Shown: positions 38,081-50,940 of the stretch, one piece after another
Numbering within the stretch: the first letter of the stretch is position 1
How the letters are laid out: every line of letters begins with the position of its first letter
Source: Chromera velia
Taxonomy: Eukaryota
Direction of reading: 5' to 3'
Length of the DNA stretch: 64,000 nt
Assembly (NCBI GenBank): GCA_018398765.1
Contig: JAHBMJ010000046.1
Coordinates: forward strand, 1-64,000
Program-made: the position numbers and the translations under genes
The notes under the pieces: model-generated
Told to the model about the DNA's origin: nothing
Seen by the model: the letters and a program-made list of their open reading frames with translations, nothing else
Database searches by the model: none

Positions 38081-41000
38081 ATGATGGAGGAAGTGAGCAG
38101 TGACCTTGTCCGTCGTTTTGTTGCTTGGGGCTCCCTCGGCCTGACTCCTGAGGACTTGTCGGAATTTGCCTGCAAGGAAGAGACGTTCGGTGCAGCATGG
38201 CTTCTTCTGCGCTCCATTAAGCGGGGGGCATTTCCTTTTTGTTTGTCTTCATTGGACCTCTACCGATTTGTCCTATCCCCCTCAAAGTTCTGGCTTCTCC
38301 TCTCCTTCCTCCCAGAATCGACTGAGGCGTTAAAGCTCGGTCCACACATCTGCAGACAATTTTCCGCCCCCCCCAACCTTCCCATCCCATCACTCACCTC
38401 CCCGCCCAATGAGACTTGGACTCTCTGTCAACACCTCTCCCTGACCCAGCTGGATTTATCACTGTGCGATTTGGGTCTGAGGGAGGCCCAACGAATTTTC
38501 CCCCACCTGCCCCCGACTTTGGAAGGCCTGCACCTGCAGGGAAACCGCATCGATGCCCAGGCCGTTGAAGTCCTGTGTGGGGTGGGAAGAGCAGGGGGAC
38601 TCCGTTTTCTTCACAGTTTGAATATGAGCGAGAACCCTCTCTGCTCGGAGGGGATGCGCATACTCTCGAAGGGGCTCATTGAGTGGCGCCGCCAAAGAGG
38701 AACCGTGTCAACCGGCTCTCCCCAAGGCCAACAAAATCCCCGCATGAGCTCTGCCTCAAGTTCAGCAGCCCCCACACCCCTCCCTCCAAATTCCCCCGCT
38801 CCGCCCCCCCCCGCCTCCGCCCCGGCCCCTGCCCCTTCCTCCCCCTTCCCCTCCCCCATTCGTGCATTCAAAGCTCTCAACCTCAGCCAGACGTTTGCAG
38901 ACGCGACAGGCATCCAAGCTTTTGCCGATTCCTTGAAGAGTGGACGGCTGTCTGAGCTGCTCCACTTGAATCTAAGCTCGAACAGAATGATGGACGGCGG
39001 GTTCAAAGCCATCGTCTCCGCACTTGTGTCGGAACAAGCACCCGGTTCATTGCAGACACTGAATTTGCGAAGCAACGAAATCAGCACGGTGTGTGCAGGG
39101 CAGGGGTTGACCCGTCTTTTTGGGTCGGGGCGTTTGCAGTCTCTCGAGACTTTGGATGTCGACGGGAACGGACGATTTGCCAGCTGGCCATTTCAGAGTT
39201 TGAACCCCATTTCCAACGCATTGAGAGATGGAATCATGTCAGACCGCCTGCCGAACCTCCGGTCTTTGGGGTTTCACCTTGACCCCATCGGAGATGAAGA
39301 TCCGGAGGACAGAGAGACGGCTCTGGCGCTTCAGAAAGCCTTGTGGTCGGGAAAGACCAAGATTGAGCAGACCACCGTTGGGCGTGCTTGTGTCCACGAA
39401 AATCCTCTGGGGCCCTGTGAGGCTCTCCTCCCTTCTTTCACCGAAGCAGTCCAAAATGGGGCGTTGCAGAACAATCTGAAAACCGCTGCACTGCTTCCCG
39501 TCTTCGAAGAGAATTCTCAAGACCCCCCCAATTGCACAAAAACAGCCTTTCGGGCCCTGGCCTCTTCTGAATGGCCTGTACTCGAAAGTTTGAGCATTGA
39601 AGGTATGAACATATTGAAGAGGGAAGAGGAGGAGTGGATGAGGGAATTCTTTCTAGGAGGGCGGAAGGCACCCGCTCTGAAATACTTGTCCCTCTGCCGC
39701 ATTGACGGCAGAGCGCTTCGCTCTGTGTTGGGAGTGCATACACAGATTGAGAGGTCGGGGCCCCTAGCGGAGGGGGTTGGGGCGTTTCTTTCCTGTTTGC
39801 AGCATCTCGAATTGTCTTGGGACATAAGGCGCAGTGAGTTTGCGGGGGGTGGGGGAGATTGTGACTTTGAGTTTGGGGGTTATGGAAAACTGGGAGAGTT
39901 TTTTGCTTCCGGTTGTTTCTGCTCCCTTGTTTCAGTTTCGCTGTCCCCCTCTTTCAGATTCTCTGGGGCGTTCGGGGAGGGGGAGGATGGTGTTCCAGAG
40001 AACATGATCGCGGGCGCCAAGAGCCTCGGGAGGGGGTTGGCGAGTGGGCCTCGGGCTCTGCCCTGCCTTACAGATGTGTCCCTGATGGTGGCATGCTCTC
40101 GGGGGGGGGCAGTGGCCTTTATGCAGGATCTCGCAGAGGGGGGGGGGTTAGGGGATCGTCATCGAGTGCATCTAAACCTGTGGGAGTTTTGGGGGAACGA
40201 GGGATCTGACAGTTTTCAGGTGAGTCTGTCTGAAATTGCCGCTGCCCTCCGCACAGGCAGAATTTTAGGTTTGCGTCGGATTTCGATCTTTGGGCAACTG
40301 CGTACAGAGGGAGCGGTAGAGACGGCGAGAGCGTTGGGGGAAGGGTTGCAAGGGCAGGGTGCAGAACCCTGGAGGATGTGCGGGTGACCGCGCGGTGGCG
40401 TGCAGAGAGGCTAGATGCTTTCTTTGCAGGCATGGTTTTCGGTGTCTCAGGGGGGGAGCGGTTTGTGTACCCCTTTTTGACAGAAATAGCGGGGGTGGAG
40501 CTTTTTGCGAGAATGAGGGGTGCAGTGGGAGGTGCACTCAGCCGCGGACTTCGTTTGCGTCGGTTTCCAATGTTGGAAAGATTGGACGGCTATCGCGAGC
40601 TTCAAGTCAGTGATATGAGCGGGTTGTCTAGAGCGCTCGCTTCAGCGGGGGCAGTGTTTCAGTTGAAAAGGTTGGAAGTTCAGATTGGTGAAGGGGGGGG
40701 CGCCAAGGGGGAGAGGAGAAGGGATCTGGGGGTGGCAGTGACGCGACTGTCGAATGCAATGCAAAGCGGGAATTTGGCAAATTTGGAGGAGTTGCGTGTA
40801 ACGGGTCCTGTGGGGGGGTTGAGAGGATTTCGGGCCCTCTGTGCTGCCCTGGGGTCAGGGAATGTGTCACGACTGAGAAGTCTGTCGGTGGGGAAAGGTT
40901 CAAGGGGGGTGTATGGGGTGGCGGGTATGAGGTCGTTGGCTGAGGCCATCACTGCAGAGAGCCTTCCGAACCTTGAGAAGCTCTGCACATTTCGATCAGA

Positions 41001-41307
41001 GATCACCGATCAGTGTGTGGAAGCGCTGGTTGAGGTGTGGAGCAATCCCGTGCGCTCCCCTCTGAAGTCCCTTCTCGATTTGAGCTTTGAGTTCAATCCC
41101 ATCAGCCCACATGGTCTGACCTTCCTTCCCCGTCTCCTCCGATCCGGGAATGTTCCTTCCCTGAGGGAACTCTCATTCTGCAGGTGCGAGGAGCTTGATG
41201 CTCCTGGGTGTGAGAGACCTCTGACGGATGTGGTCAAAAGACCGACACGCAGGTCCCCCCAGAATCTGGTCGTACGGGGCATTGCGTGGGGGTCTGAGGA
41301 TGAATGA
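38081..41307 (+). CDS. Large RNI-like leucine-rich repeat protein, intronless, with a 1-nt frameshift near 40344
   Basis: LxxLxLxxNxI repeats (LEGLHLQGNRI, LHSLNMSENPL, LLHLNLSSNRM, LQTLNLRSNEI, LLDLSFEFNPI). Restoring one G in GAAGGGTTGCA fuses ORFs 37958-40387 and 40378-41307 (GEGVARAGCRTLEDVRV). Confidence 0.85.
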
Positions 41308-42650
41308 GAAGGGAGTTATGGAGGGACAGATAAGGATTGAGGGAAAAGAGGGAGGCAGGAAAGTGCGCATCAGGGCAGTGCACCCAATCAGGGGAAGCAG
41401 GAGTCATGTTTGTCATTGCCACAGCGCTTCGATCGTCCAGCCCAAGACTCCGGGAATTGGAGAAGGGGCTCTGTTCCTGTTCTTCAATTTTTTCTTCTTT
41501 TGTTCGATGGTCCTCTTCTCTCTCTAGCACGCCCTTTACATCTCTTCCACCAGCCGTCTCTCTCTTCTACTTTGTTTTACTTTGTCTCCTCGAATTTTGT
41601 TCAGATTTGTGTGAATGAACGTACAATCTTCAGGTATCCGGCAAATGGTAGCATGCAGACGGTCGTGTTTTTTTTTTTTTTCTGCATGGCTGTCACTTCG
41701 TCGTCGCACCACATCGCATCAAAAAAAAAGTGTATGGCCGATCAGGTCAAGGTCTGGTAGGCGCCCAATTAGTTCATCGTCATTCCAGTTGCTTTGAGAA
41801 TAATAGATCACTGCATATGCTGTGACCGAAACCGTATGTATTAATCGCATTTAAATCTAGATTTAAGTGACATGACCTAGTACGTGACTATAAATAACTG
41901 TAAGTGAACAGTAATTATGTTAAAATCTGACATCGTTTAATGATCATTGACAGCTAGGCTAGCAACTAGGATTGTCAGTAATAATTAATTTAGGATTAGA
42001 TTAGATTAGATTTCTTGTCAGACAGCTTGAGGACCGGAAGTTGAGGTTAGTCACTACTATAATTCAGCAGTTTAAACTAGAGTTTAAACTAGCAATAAAT
42101 TCAGCAATTTTAAACAACTTACTTGCCATATGTCGTAAATTTAATTAATTTAATCATTTTAACTGGATTTAATTTGACAAAAGGTAACAAAAGGATAAGT
42201 TAAGAGTATAATGTTCCAGGTTGCCCCACCATGAAAAAAAAAGTTTTTTATAAGTTATAATTTCTATTCAACCATTGAAAAAACAAGAAATATATTAATT
42301 TTCAATTTTAGTAAATTTGAGTGATAATTGAAAGCAGTTCTAGCAGCAATTAACACTTTAGACACGTACTAATTTAGACATCGATTTAATATAACATTGT
42401 AATGCACTGGCATATTGAAATCTAGATTGAAATATAGTTTAGTGAAGACCTACATATCATACACCTATAGTCATACACTTTATTTCCCCTTAGATTTCCA
42501 CCTGACCGGGAGTCGACCCTCATTTTCTATCTCACTTCTACCCATTTCTCTATCATTCTGATATATTCCGATGTTTTCGAGTCTGTCTGGGCTCGGAACG
42601 TTCTTGAGTGAGACTCAACGGGTTTCGAAACTGTAACCGCTCTCTCCGAG

Positions 42651-42704
<54 letters not shown>

Positions 42705-43084
42705 GATGTGCATGTCACTGTGTGCGTGCATGTGCATCTGTTTGTTTCATCATGCTCACGTGTGTGTTACTGCCACGCAGTGTGTGCAAAACGTGTTGAG
42801 GGGTCTTTCAAGTTGCCAAGCGCTTTGTTTGTCGTCATTCGTTGTCATAATTGTTTCTTTCGCATCGGGCTCTCTTTTCACTGCCTTGCCTCGTGCCTCA
42901 CAGTCACTGTGCCTTAGTGCTCCCGTGATTCATCTTTCTTTTCTTGCTACCCGTTGATGCAGCTGCAAAGTGTGTTAAAAGGGGGCTTTGTCTAGATCGG
43001 ATAGATTCTGACCTGTGAAGCAGTACAGGAAAGTACTCTGCATTATGCAAATATGTACAAGACAATGCTGTAGCATTCATATCT

Positions 43085-43582
43085 CTAAGATATCACAGAT
43101 TCTCGAATCTCACTGATCTGTCCATTTCTCACTTTTACAACTTGCTTGAAGGTGTCGTCGAAGTCCTTAAGAATTCCAAGACGGTAGTACTCATGAGGAG
43201 CTTGCGGCACGAAAGGGGTCACGGTCATCTTGCTTGGGCTGATGAGATGCTCTTGATCTTCGACCGCACTGACTAATTCTTTGAGAGCCTCTCTTCCTTT
43301 GAGCTCCAAAGGACTGTCTTTCACCAGAAGTCTTCTGAACCTGTTCACGTCTCTGGTCTCTTTGACCGCAAATTTCCAGGATACGTCGTCGGCTACGGCA
43401 AGAAAACTGGGAAGCCGCCCTTTCTCCAGAGAGTGGACGCCGAAGTACTGTTCCATACAGGGGCGATCCTCAAATCTAATGAAATCCATCGGGAGGCCTG
43501 AATCTGACCTCGGCAAAAACAGTGCACCATCACACACGGCGATCACGCCAACGATACAGAGCAACCGCAAAGTCGAATACAT
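43085..43582 (-). CDS. Small secreted or organelle-targeted hypothetical protein (165 aa)
   Basis: MYSTLRLLCIVGVIAVCDGA signal-like N-terminus; clean protein-like ORF ending TAG. Confidence 0.65.
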   Translation of the reverse strand: MYSTLRLLCIVGVIAVCDGALFLPRSDSGLPMDFIRFEDRPCMEQYFGVHSLEKGRLPSFLAVADDVSWKFAVKETRDVNRFRRLLVKDSPLELKGREALKELVSAVEDQEHLISPSKMTVTPFVPQAPHEYYRLGILKDFDDTFKQVVKVRNGQISEIRESVIS

Positions 43583-44330
43583 CTGCATGTCTGATTCAGA
43601 CAAAATGCACACTTTACCGACGCAGCAGAAGCATGGTCAGGATGTTGGCGAGCACGTAATGGCCTTTCTTTCGTTTTGTGTATGAAGCAGCACTGAGGCA
43701 ATAAAGCTTCAGTGCGTACGGTATAGTTCCTGAGCTTGGCTCCTTAGTTGTCCCAGATACCTTCACTTTATTTCTTTCGGCCATGTGAGTGTGACATTCC
43801 TGCACTGAGATGTCACTGACGTTGTGCTGCTTCTGAACTACATGTCGGCTAACATGGGCATTGTGCCACAAGGAAGGCGTGGCGTGTACCACACAAAGAA
43901 CTCTCTGTGTACAGGAGATTGCATGTTTACCAAACATGCACGTACGTACCACGACAGTCTGTCAGAGTTGCATGACGTACGTACGTATCGGTATGCGCAT
44001 GTATGCGCAGCAGCATGCGCAGCAGAACATGCAACACTGCAACACTGCAACATCCGTGTGCAACAGTGCACGAGTTGAAAGCATATTGATGTTGATGCAT
44101 TGCAAGTTGGATGCATACTGCATGTTGCTTTGCAGTGCAGTGACTGTTGCATGTGAGCGATGCAACGCCATGCAGGCACCTGATCCTGCAGGCTGGATTC
44201 ATTTCGATGCGCCTAGCTGAATGGAGCAGGCTGTCATGCCACCAATCGCTTTGAAGGCTGTGCGGCCTCTTGCACAGGCTTGACTTTCAAATAGCAGCAA
44301 AGACCGCCTCTATAACATCTGACACTCAGC

Positions 44331-45907
44331 ATGAGGAGGCTGCTCTTTGTAGTCTTTGCTTCGTGCTTTTGCGCGTCGGCCAGTCAGGAGCTGTTTCAGC
44401 GGCCCATCTTCGACATTCCTGCCGGTGACACTAACACAGATGGTGTTGAGAGGTTCAGTCAAGCGGATCCTTCGGGTGAGCAAAACTTTTTGCTCCTCAC
44501 CGAAATGCATGTCGGCTGCACCACAAGGACGACAACTCTCTCCGTCAGTGCTCTATTCATAGAAGAGATTGTGAAGAATGCTGCCACGAGCTTTCGTTTA
44601 CCGTCTAGACGAAAATCCTATATGTTTCGTACAGCCACCGAAGGACCTTGATGACGCGAAGAGAAAATGCAAGGAATCGGAGAAGGTATGACGCTGCATT
44701 CAGCTGACACTTTACGGCCAACAAGGTTTCCTCTTTTCTCATGGCCTTTCCTCTGTGGCCTCTTCTCAGTGTGACTTCTTTCAGTGGAATGGAGGGGCCC
44801 ATTTCGAGATGTGCAAAGGCAATGAGTGGCGAAAAGCTGACGTCACGACAGACTGGGTAATTGGAGTAAAAAGATCGCACCCTCAGTTCAAGGCTCCCGA
44901 CTATTACTTTCGATTGAATCGACTGGTCGGTGAGCCTGATTGAAGTCCTGCCTTTCCGATTGAATTTTTCGGCCGGCCTGATTTGAGTTTTCGTCCTTCG
45001 GCGACCGGCCTTTCCGCAGGCATTTTGTGAAGGACCCGACCTCCTCTACGAAAAGCATGGAGGGACCCCTCCAGCAAAAGCTGCCATGATGGTACGAGTC
45101 TCGCTGCTTGACTCTTCCGCCAGAAAAGATCTCCGAGACCTCTACACTATGAAAGCATCGACCTCTTTTTGGCTTGCAGTGTGATCTCACTCCAGGTCTG
45201 ATGGGAGTTTCTCAATTATCATGGAAGCGATTCGACTTGACCGATTTCCTGCATCGAAGCAAGCATTTCACCTGAATTGATGGCCCATACGCAGGCTGCA
45301 CCCACTTTACTATGAATTTCTTGACGGGAAAGGGCTTTCCAGGACCAAACGTCGGATCTCAGACGGGTGAGCCCCGCGAGAAAATCTGTCCAAACCCTTG
45401 ATACTGTTTTGGCAAAGAAATGTTTGCCTCGAAATCGATGTGGCATTGCAGTCTGGTTCTGTACGGGCGAACCGCGAGAAGTTCAGATGCCAGGTTTTTT
45501 GATTGGTTTACCCAGCCCGAAAGGTAGGCCACGAGTCAGAAAGGGTGGTCAATCCGCACCGCGCGCACCCACTGTCCCGGGACCTGTTTGACTTCGCGAT
45601 TCCAATTGTTTTGCTGCAGCTGGTCCTCAACCGGAGCACACGGCAAAAGCACCGTGCAACTCGAATGGACCCATTACGGATGCAAAGGTAAGAGCTTCTG
45701 TTTCGTAAAATTTGAGCACATATCAATATTTCATTCAATCAAGCTGCCTTCTCGCCTGACCCACTGAATGCTTGTCAGGTGCGTGAGATTCCCGCGAGAG
45801 AAATCGCAACCAAACGCCCCGGCCCTTCAGCCACCGGACTGAACAGCACACAAGAAATTACCAAACGTTTGATGGAAGATGAAGAGTCAAAGCTCCTGGC
45901 TGATTGA
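44331..45907 (+). CDS. Secreted Cys-containing protein, multi-exon, possibly with two PAN/Apple-like repeats
   Basis: Signal peptide MRRLLFVVFASCFCASA. Phase-compatible exons DENPICFVQPPKDLDDAKRKCKESEK|CDFFQWNGGAHFEMCKG and AFCEGPDLL...AAMM|CDLTP...WFCTG. Last exon 45779-45907 ends TGA. Middle joins and the domain call are tentative. Confidence 0.55.
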
Positions 45908-47268
45908 GACTCTGCTCCTTTTCGAGTCAGAATCGGCTAATATAAAACCTTCATGCAGCAGAAATCTGATTGCTGAAGGAGCTTACTTGATTGTATACAG
46001 GTAGATCAATCATCTAATTTCTTCAGGGTCCATCAGAATCAAGGAGTCAGAATGGTTTTTAGAATGACTATGATATCTCATTTTTAAAATTTAAGATGTA
46101 TATATGTTTTATCGTAGTACTAGTCCTAGGAATATCGGTGAATCGACGGTGATCAATTATCAAAACACTTCAACGTATTTAAATTTACTTTCACATTAAT
46201 TTTCAATCTTTTAATGTACATTTATGAGTCAAATTATGATATTGCTATGATGCTATACATATGATCGTATCTAGCATCATATTGAGCTGCCAAATCACTA
46301 GCCAAATCATGAATTCCTATATGCTTAATGTCTAAGTAAAAATGAATCGGTGTGGAAATCATTTTATGTATACAATATGCAGACCTATAGATTCTATGCA
46401 GATCAATGCAAATTAACATTGCCACTTCAAAACTTGAACTAGAACTTGAACTAGGTGCGTTCTCAGCTTCAAACTCTAGTTTCAACTCTTAAATCCGCCT
46501 CTAGATCCGCCTGGAAGTTAAATTATTAAAAAATAAATCCTAAAGTAATTTAAGTAAATCATAATAGAAATCATATAAATTGAATTGAATTAATTGAGGT
46601 GGTTAAAGCTGGTGAGCCACCACTTATGCTCTGGCCAACCACAGATATACTAACCCCCATGTATAAAGTTGACATAAACTAATTAAATTATTTAAATATA
46701 TATGACGTTATCTTTAATATTAATACATGTACTACTAATATAAGTATGTGTAGAATAGATCTTTGTCTGGATTATAGTATCCAAATCTTTGTCTTAATTT
46801 TTATATGAAGTTTATATATTATATTATTTATATAGTAGTAAGTTACTAGTAACTGGAATTTATGTATACATAACTTTTTTACACTTAGTTTGGCACTAAA
46901 ATGACACGAACATGAAAAACCTAGTGACAAACTGAACATAAATCATATGAATTAATGAGCTGAAAGTAGCGAGGTTGCACATTTTAGTTTGTTTGGTTGT
47001 AGCTTTTGCAACCGACCATTCAGAAATCTCGTCTCTCACTAGGTGCGCATCCACAGAGCAGTCTGAAGAGAAGTGCCTCCCAAGCGAGAGAACGGAGGGA
47101 GTTGAACACACTCAAGCAAAGATGAATCTTGCCGTCATGCAGTCAACCCCTCTCCACCCCCGTTGGTGTGTCTCTTTTGACCACGTCTCGCTTCAGTCAG
47201 TCAACGGGAGTCTGCTTGTGGGTGCCTGCGTCGAATCCCGTGCCCGACCATCCTCCATCTCGGTATGC

Positions 47269-49809
47269 TTAACCGTAGATTCTCTGGGGCTTTCCCATGG
47301 TGGACTTGATGACGAGGGACTTCACGTTGTTCCAGTTCTTCTTCAGGAGAGAAACCTGCAGTTTCCAGAACGTTGCGAAACGACAGTGTAAACCGTTCGA
47401 AAAAAAAAGCTGTCAAAAGACCCCCCACGTCAAGCAGGGCCGGCAGCTTTGTTTGCTGACAAGTTGACCAGCTGAAGAGGTGGAAGCAGAGGTGTGACAC
47501 AAGACATACAGGGAAAATGAGGCAGCCAAGGAATCGACTACTGACCAGGAAGTTGATCGACAGAACAGTGTTCTGACGGATCTGCTCAGCATCCATGTCG
47601 CAGTTGGCGACAGCGACACCCATGCAGAGCACCTGCAAGGCAAAAGAAAAGAAAGCAAGAGATCACGTGAAAAAAAACCAGTGGTTATGATTAAACCATC
47701 CCCTTCAAAATGCACGGTGTTCATCCAGAGGCTGTTTTCATCTCTGAAGACGGGAGGCTCCAGGCTGTCTCCAACCCTTCTCATCCCCCCCCCAGTATTC
47801 CACCTTCACATCCACACTACCGGCCGGTCACATTTGAGAGGTCCCGTAAACTGACACCTCTCGATCCGCCAAACTCCCTCTGTGTTGAAGTGGAGGCATC
47901 TCAGGCCAAGACCACTCCACCCTCCCGTTCACCATTTCAATTCTGCCTAGCTATGTCTATCCCTCCGACTGCCCCTCCATCCACCTGTCGATCCGTCCAT
48001 CCCCTTGTAACTCTACCAAAACTGAGTTTCTCAGCGAAACCGGGCGACGCCCTCGTGGTACCCTCCCTCTTTCACTTCTCTCCACTGACTCCCGGCGAGA
48101 AAAGGCTTTCAATATAGTGAGACGTACAAACAGACAGGCATGCATATGCGCAGGCACGCAGGCAATCCACTTGCTTACCTTCTTCAGCTGGAACTTGATG
48201 GAGCACTTGATCTCGTTGACCTTGTCCACCAGCTTCTCGTTGTGGGTGAGCACAGTGGGGAACTTTCCGGCCTTGTTGAGACCGGGTCCCAACAATCTGG
48301 GGATCTGGGGGATCAGAGGCTGGGAGGCCAGGAAGGCGTCGTACTTGCTGGCTGCACACAAACGCGCGCATTTTCACAGACATGAACCAGCAGAAACATT
48401 TTTTTCTCAGACAGAGAGAGGGACGCAGAGCGACACCCACACACTCTTTCTTTCCCCCCCTTCCTCGGCCTCCACGCAGAAGGGAGGAAGATGGAGAGAG
48501 GAAAAGGAAGACTGGCTTTCAGGGGACTTCCATTGACTGCTTAAATTCAGATATTCTGGGAGGATGCTAACACAGCAAAATGGCTCCGCGTGAACACTGG
48601 GCGCGGAGCAAATATATACATGGAGATGGATAATAAAAAAAGGGAATCATAAAAAGAAACCAGACAGCGGAGAGAAAACTAGCGACAGAAGAGCAGAGAG
48701 GAAGCATCATTCATCCTCAAAAATTCAGAGTCACACATCAATGTTTCAGAAAAGGAAAGTCTCGGGGTGAGGGTACATACAGCGTTCCGGAGAGGAAGAA
48801 AGGGCACTTCACGATACGGGGGGATTGGATTTCAACCGAAGCAGCGCTATGGAGATCAAGTCATTTTTCTCAAAATGATGCATTCATAGTAGATCAACGA
48901 GGAGATGAGACACTCAGTACGAAGCAGAACGGGACGAGGAAAGGAGACAAATTTAATGAGACTCTGGGAGACGGGAAAGGTCCACCCCCAAACTTAGGCA
49001 GATCTTAGGCGGTGGTCGATAGGATCGAGTGAAGGGGGGGAGGGACAGGCTGTCAGGGAGCTATGCGCGCACGCGCACTTCGGAGAAAGGAAGAAAAATA
49101 GGCGAGGGGGGCAGCAGGACCCATGAGACCACGAAGATAAATTGACGTATGAAGAAAATTAATTTACATCGACTGCCATACTGACAGTCAGGACGGTGGA
49201 AGTGGGATGGAATAAGTGGGGACGCCACGGGGATGGGCGGTTCAGTTGGACAGGGGGGAGGATAGAGATATTGCTCGGGTCTGAGGCAAGGGAGCGGAAA
49301 CAGGAAAGGGATCCCCTCCACATAAGTCAAGCCTCTCCCTGACTAAGACTCTGCCTGACTTCAAGAACCTGAGCGACTGACCCAGCTTCTTGACGAGCTT
49401 CTTGTTCTTGTTGAACTTCTTCAGAGCCTCAACGTCAAGGCTGTCAATTCCTGCCTTCTGGGCCTCCTCGCAGTGTGCTGCGTCACCAAGAACGCAGATG
49501 TTCATGCGAGGACGGGGAAGGTGGGGCAGTCTGACAGTCCCGGCGAAACGCTTGTCACGCTGGGTGTCATAATCCTTGAGACCAATCTGGAGCTCAACAG
49601 TCTCCACGAACCCTCTCTTCTTCTCCTGGGCCCCCTTGATGACCTCGGCGATAGCGGTCTTGAGGATTTCGGCGTTCAGCTTACTGCAAAGAAAAGGCGG
49701 GGGAAGAAAGTATAAAAATCCTCATACTTACACAAACTGGAAATTCGGATGGACGATCAGAGTACTCTACCGCCATCCGACCACCGAGAAGAGCAAGGAC
49801 TGACCTCAT
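47269..49809 (-). CDS. RPL10A: 60S ribosomal protein L10a (uL1); exons 49809-49805, 49683-49382, 48351-48179, 47632-47546, 47355-47269
   Basis: Spliced translation [10 protein letters not shown]...[29 protein letters not shown]...[23 protein letters not shown]...[11 protein letters not shown]...[15 protein letters not shown]...[31 protein letters not shown]. All junctions are GT-AG and in phase. Confidence 0.98.
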
Positions 49810-50496
49810 TTTTGCGCACAAAAAGACAGACAAGTAACCCAAACATGTGAGTGAGTCAGTCTTTTCAGTGAGGTTCTCGGATCGCGCCGTTTCTCTCAAG
49901 ACGTTCCCTGTGTAATCGGGTGCATGGATGGAGGCGCGGTCAGTCAGGGGCGCCGCGGCAGTCGTGCCGGGGCCCAGGGCCTCGGTTCTTGTCTAGATCT
50001 GTACACCCCCGCGACTTGGGTCAACGGGTAACGCGCGCGTGTGTCGCCCGATCGCGACACCCATCCGTCACGCATGGCGGGCTCCGTGCGAACGGTCGCG
50101 AGAAAACAATCCCTCGGCAGAGAGAAACGTGCCCTTCAAGCAATATGTGCGGGACGCCAACGCATGGCACAAGATCGATATCTCGGCCATGCAAATGCAT
50201 TCAATTAAGCTACAGGATCTTCGATGGCAAAAAAGAACTGGTATGGGACAGACATAGCTGCATATTCTCCTGTACATCTGGAGGATGGAGGTAACAGGCC
50301 CACCAGCAGGTCCAAATTTGCAGTCAATCCTGCGTCTGTGCATGCAGCTAAGCAGCAGCTTTTTGACTGACCTTGCTATGAGAATTAGTGAACTCTGCAT
50401 GCACAGTTCAATCAAGCTTCTGTCTGGACACGTGGTGAGAGAATCGAATCTTCAGGCCAGAAGTCCCATATGAGGATAAACACGCAGACGTTGAAC

Positions 50497-50940
50497 TTCT
50501 CTCCACTTTCACCTTTCCTGCTTAAATGACGGCCTCTCCACTTCCATCTTTCTGTCTCTTTGCATGACGGCCTCTCCACTTCCATCTTTCTGTCTGTTTG
50601 CAGGACGGCCTCTCCACTTTCATCTTTCTGTCTGTTTGCATGGCGCCTCTCCACTTTCATCTTTCTGTCTGTTTGCATAGCGCCTCTCCACTTTCATCTT
50701 TCTGTCTGTTTGCATGGCGCCTCTCCGCTTCCATCTTTCTGTCTGTTTGCATGGCGCCTCTCCACTTTCATCTTTCTGTCTGTTTGCATGGCGCCTCTCC
50801 ATTTTCGTCTTTCTGTCCATTTGCACGACGGCCTCTCCACCTCCATCTTTCTGTCTGTTTCCATGACGGCCGGCCTCTCCACTTTCATCTTTCTGTCTGT
50901 TTGCACGACGGCCTCTCCACTTTCATATTCCCATCTTTCT
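50497..50940. repeat. 37-38-bp minisatellite, ~12 copies, with a decayed partial duplicate at ~51802-51932
   Basis: Unit GCCTCTCCACTTTCATCTTTCTGTCTGTTTGCATGGC. Confidence 0.92.

Noticed and set aside
48352..49381. Intronic snoRNA in the 1-kb RPL10A intron
   Set aside because: No convincing box C (RUGAUGA) plus box D pair on the sense strand by eye; an Infernal or snoscan search would be needed.
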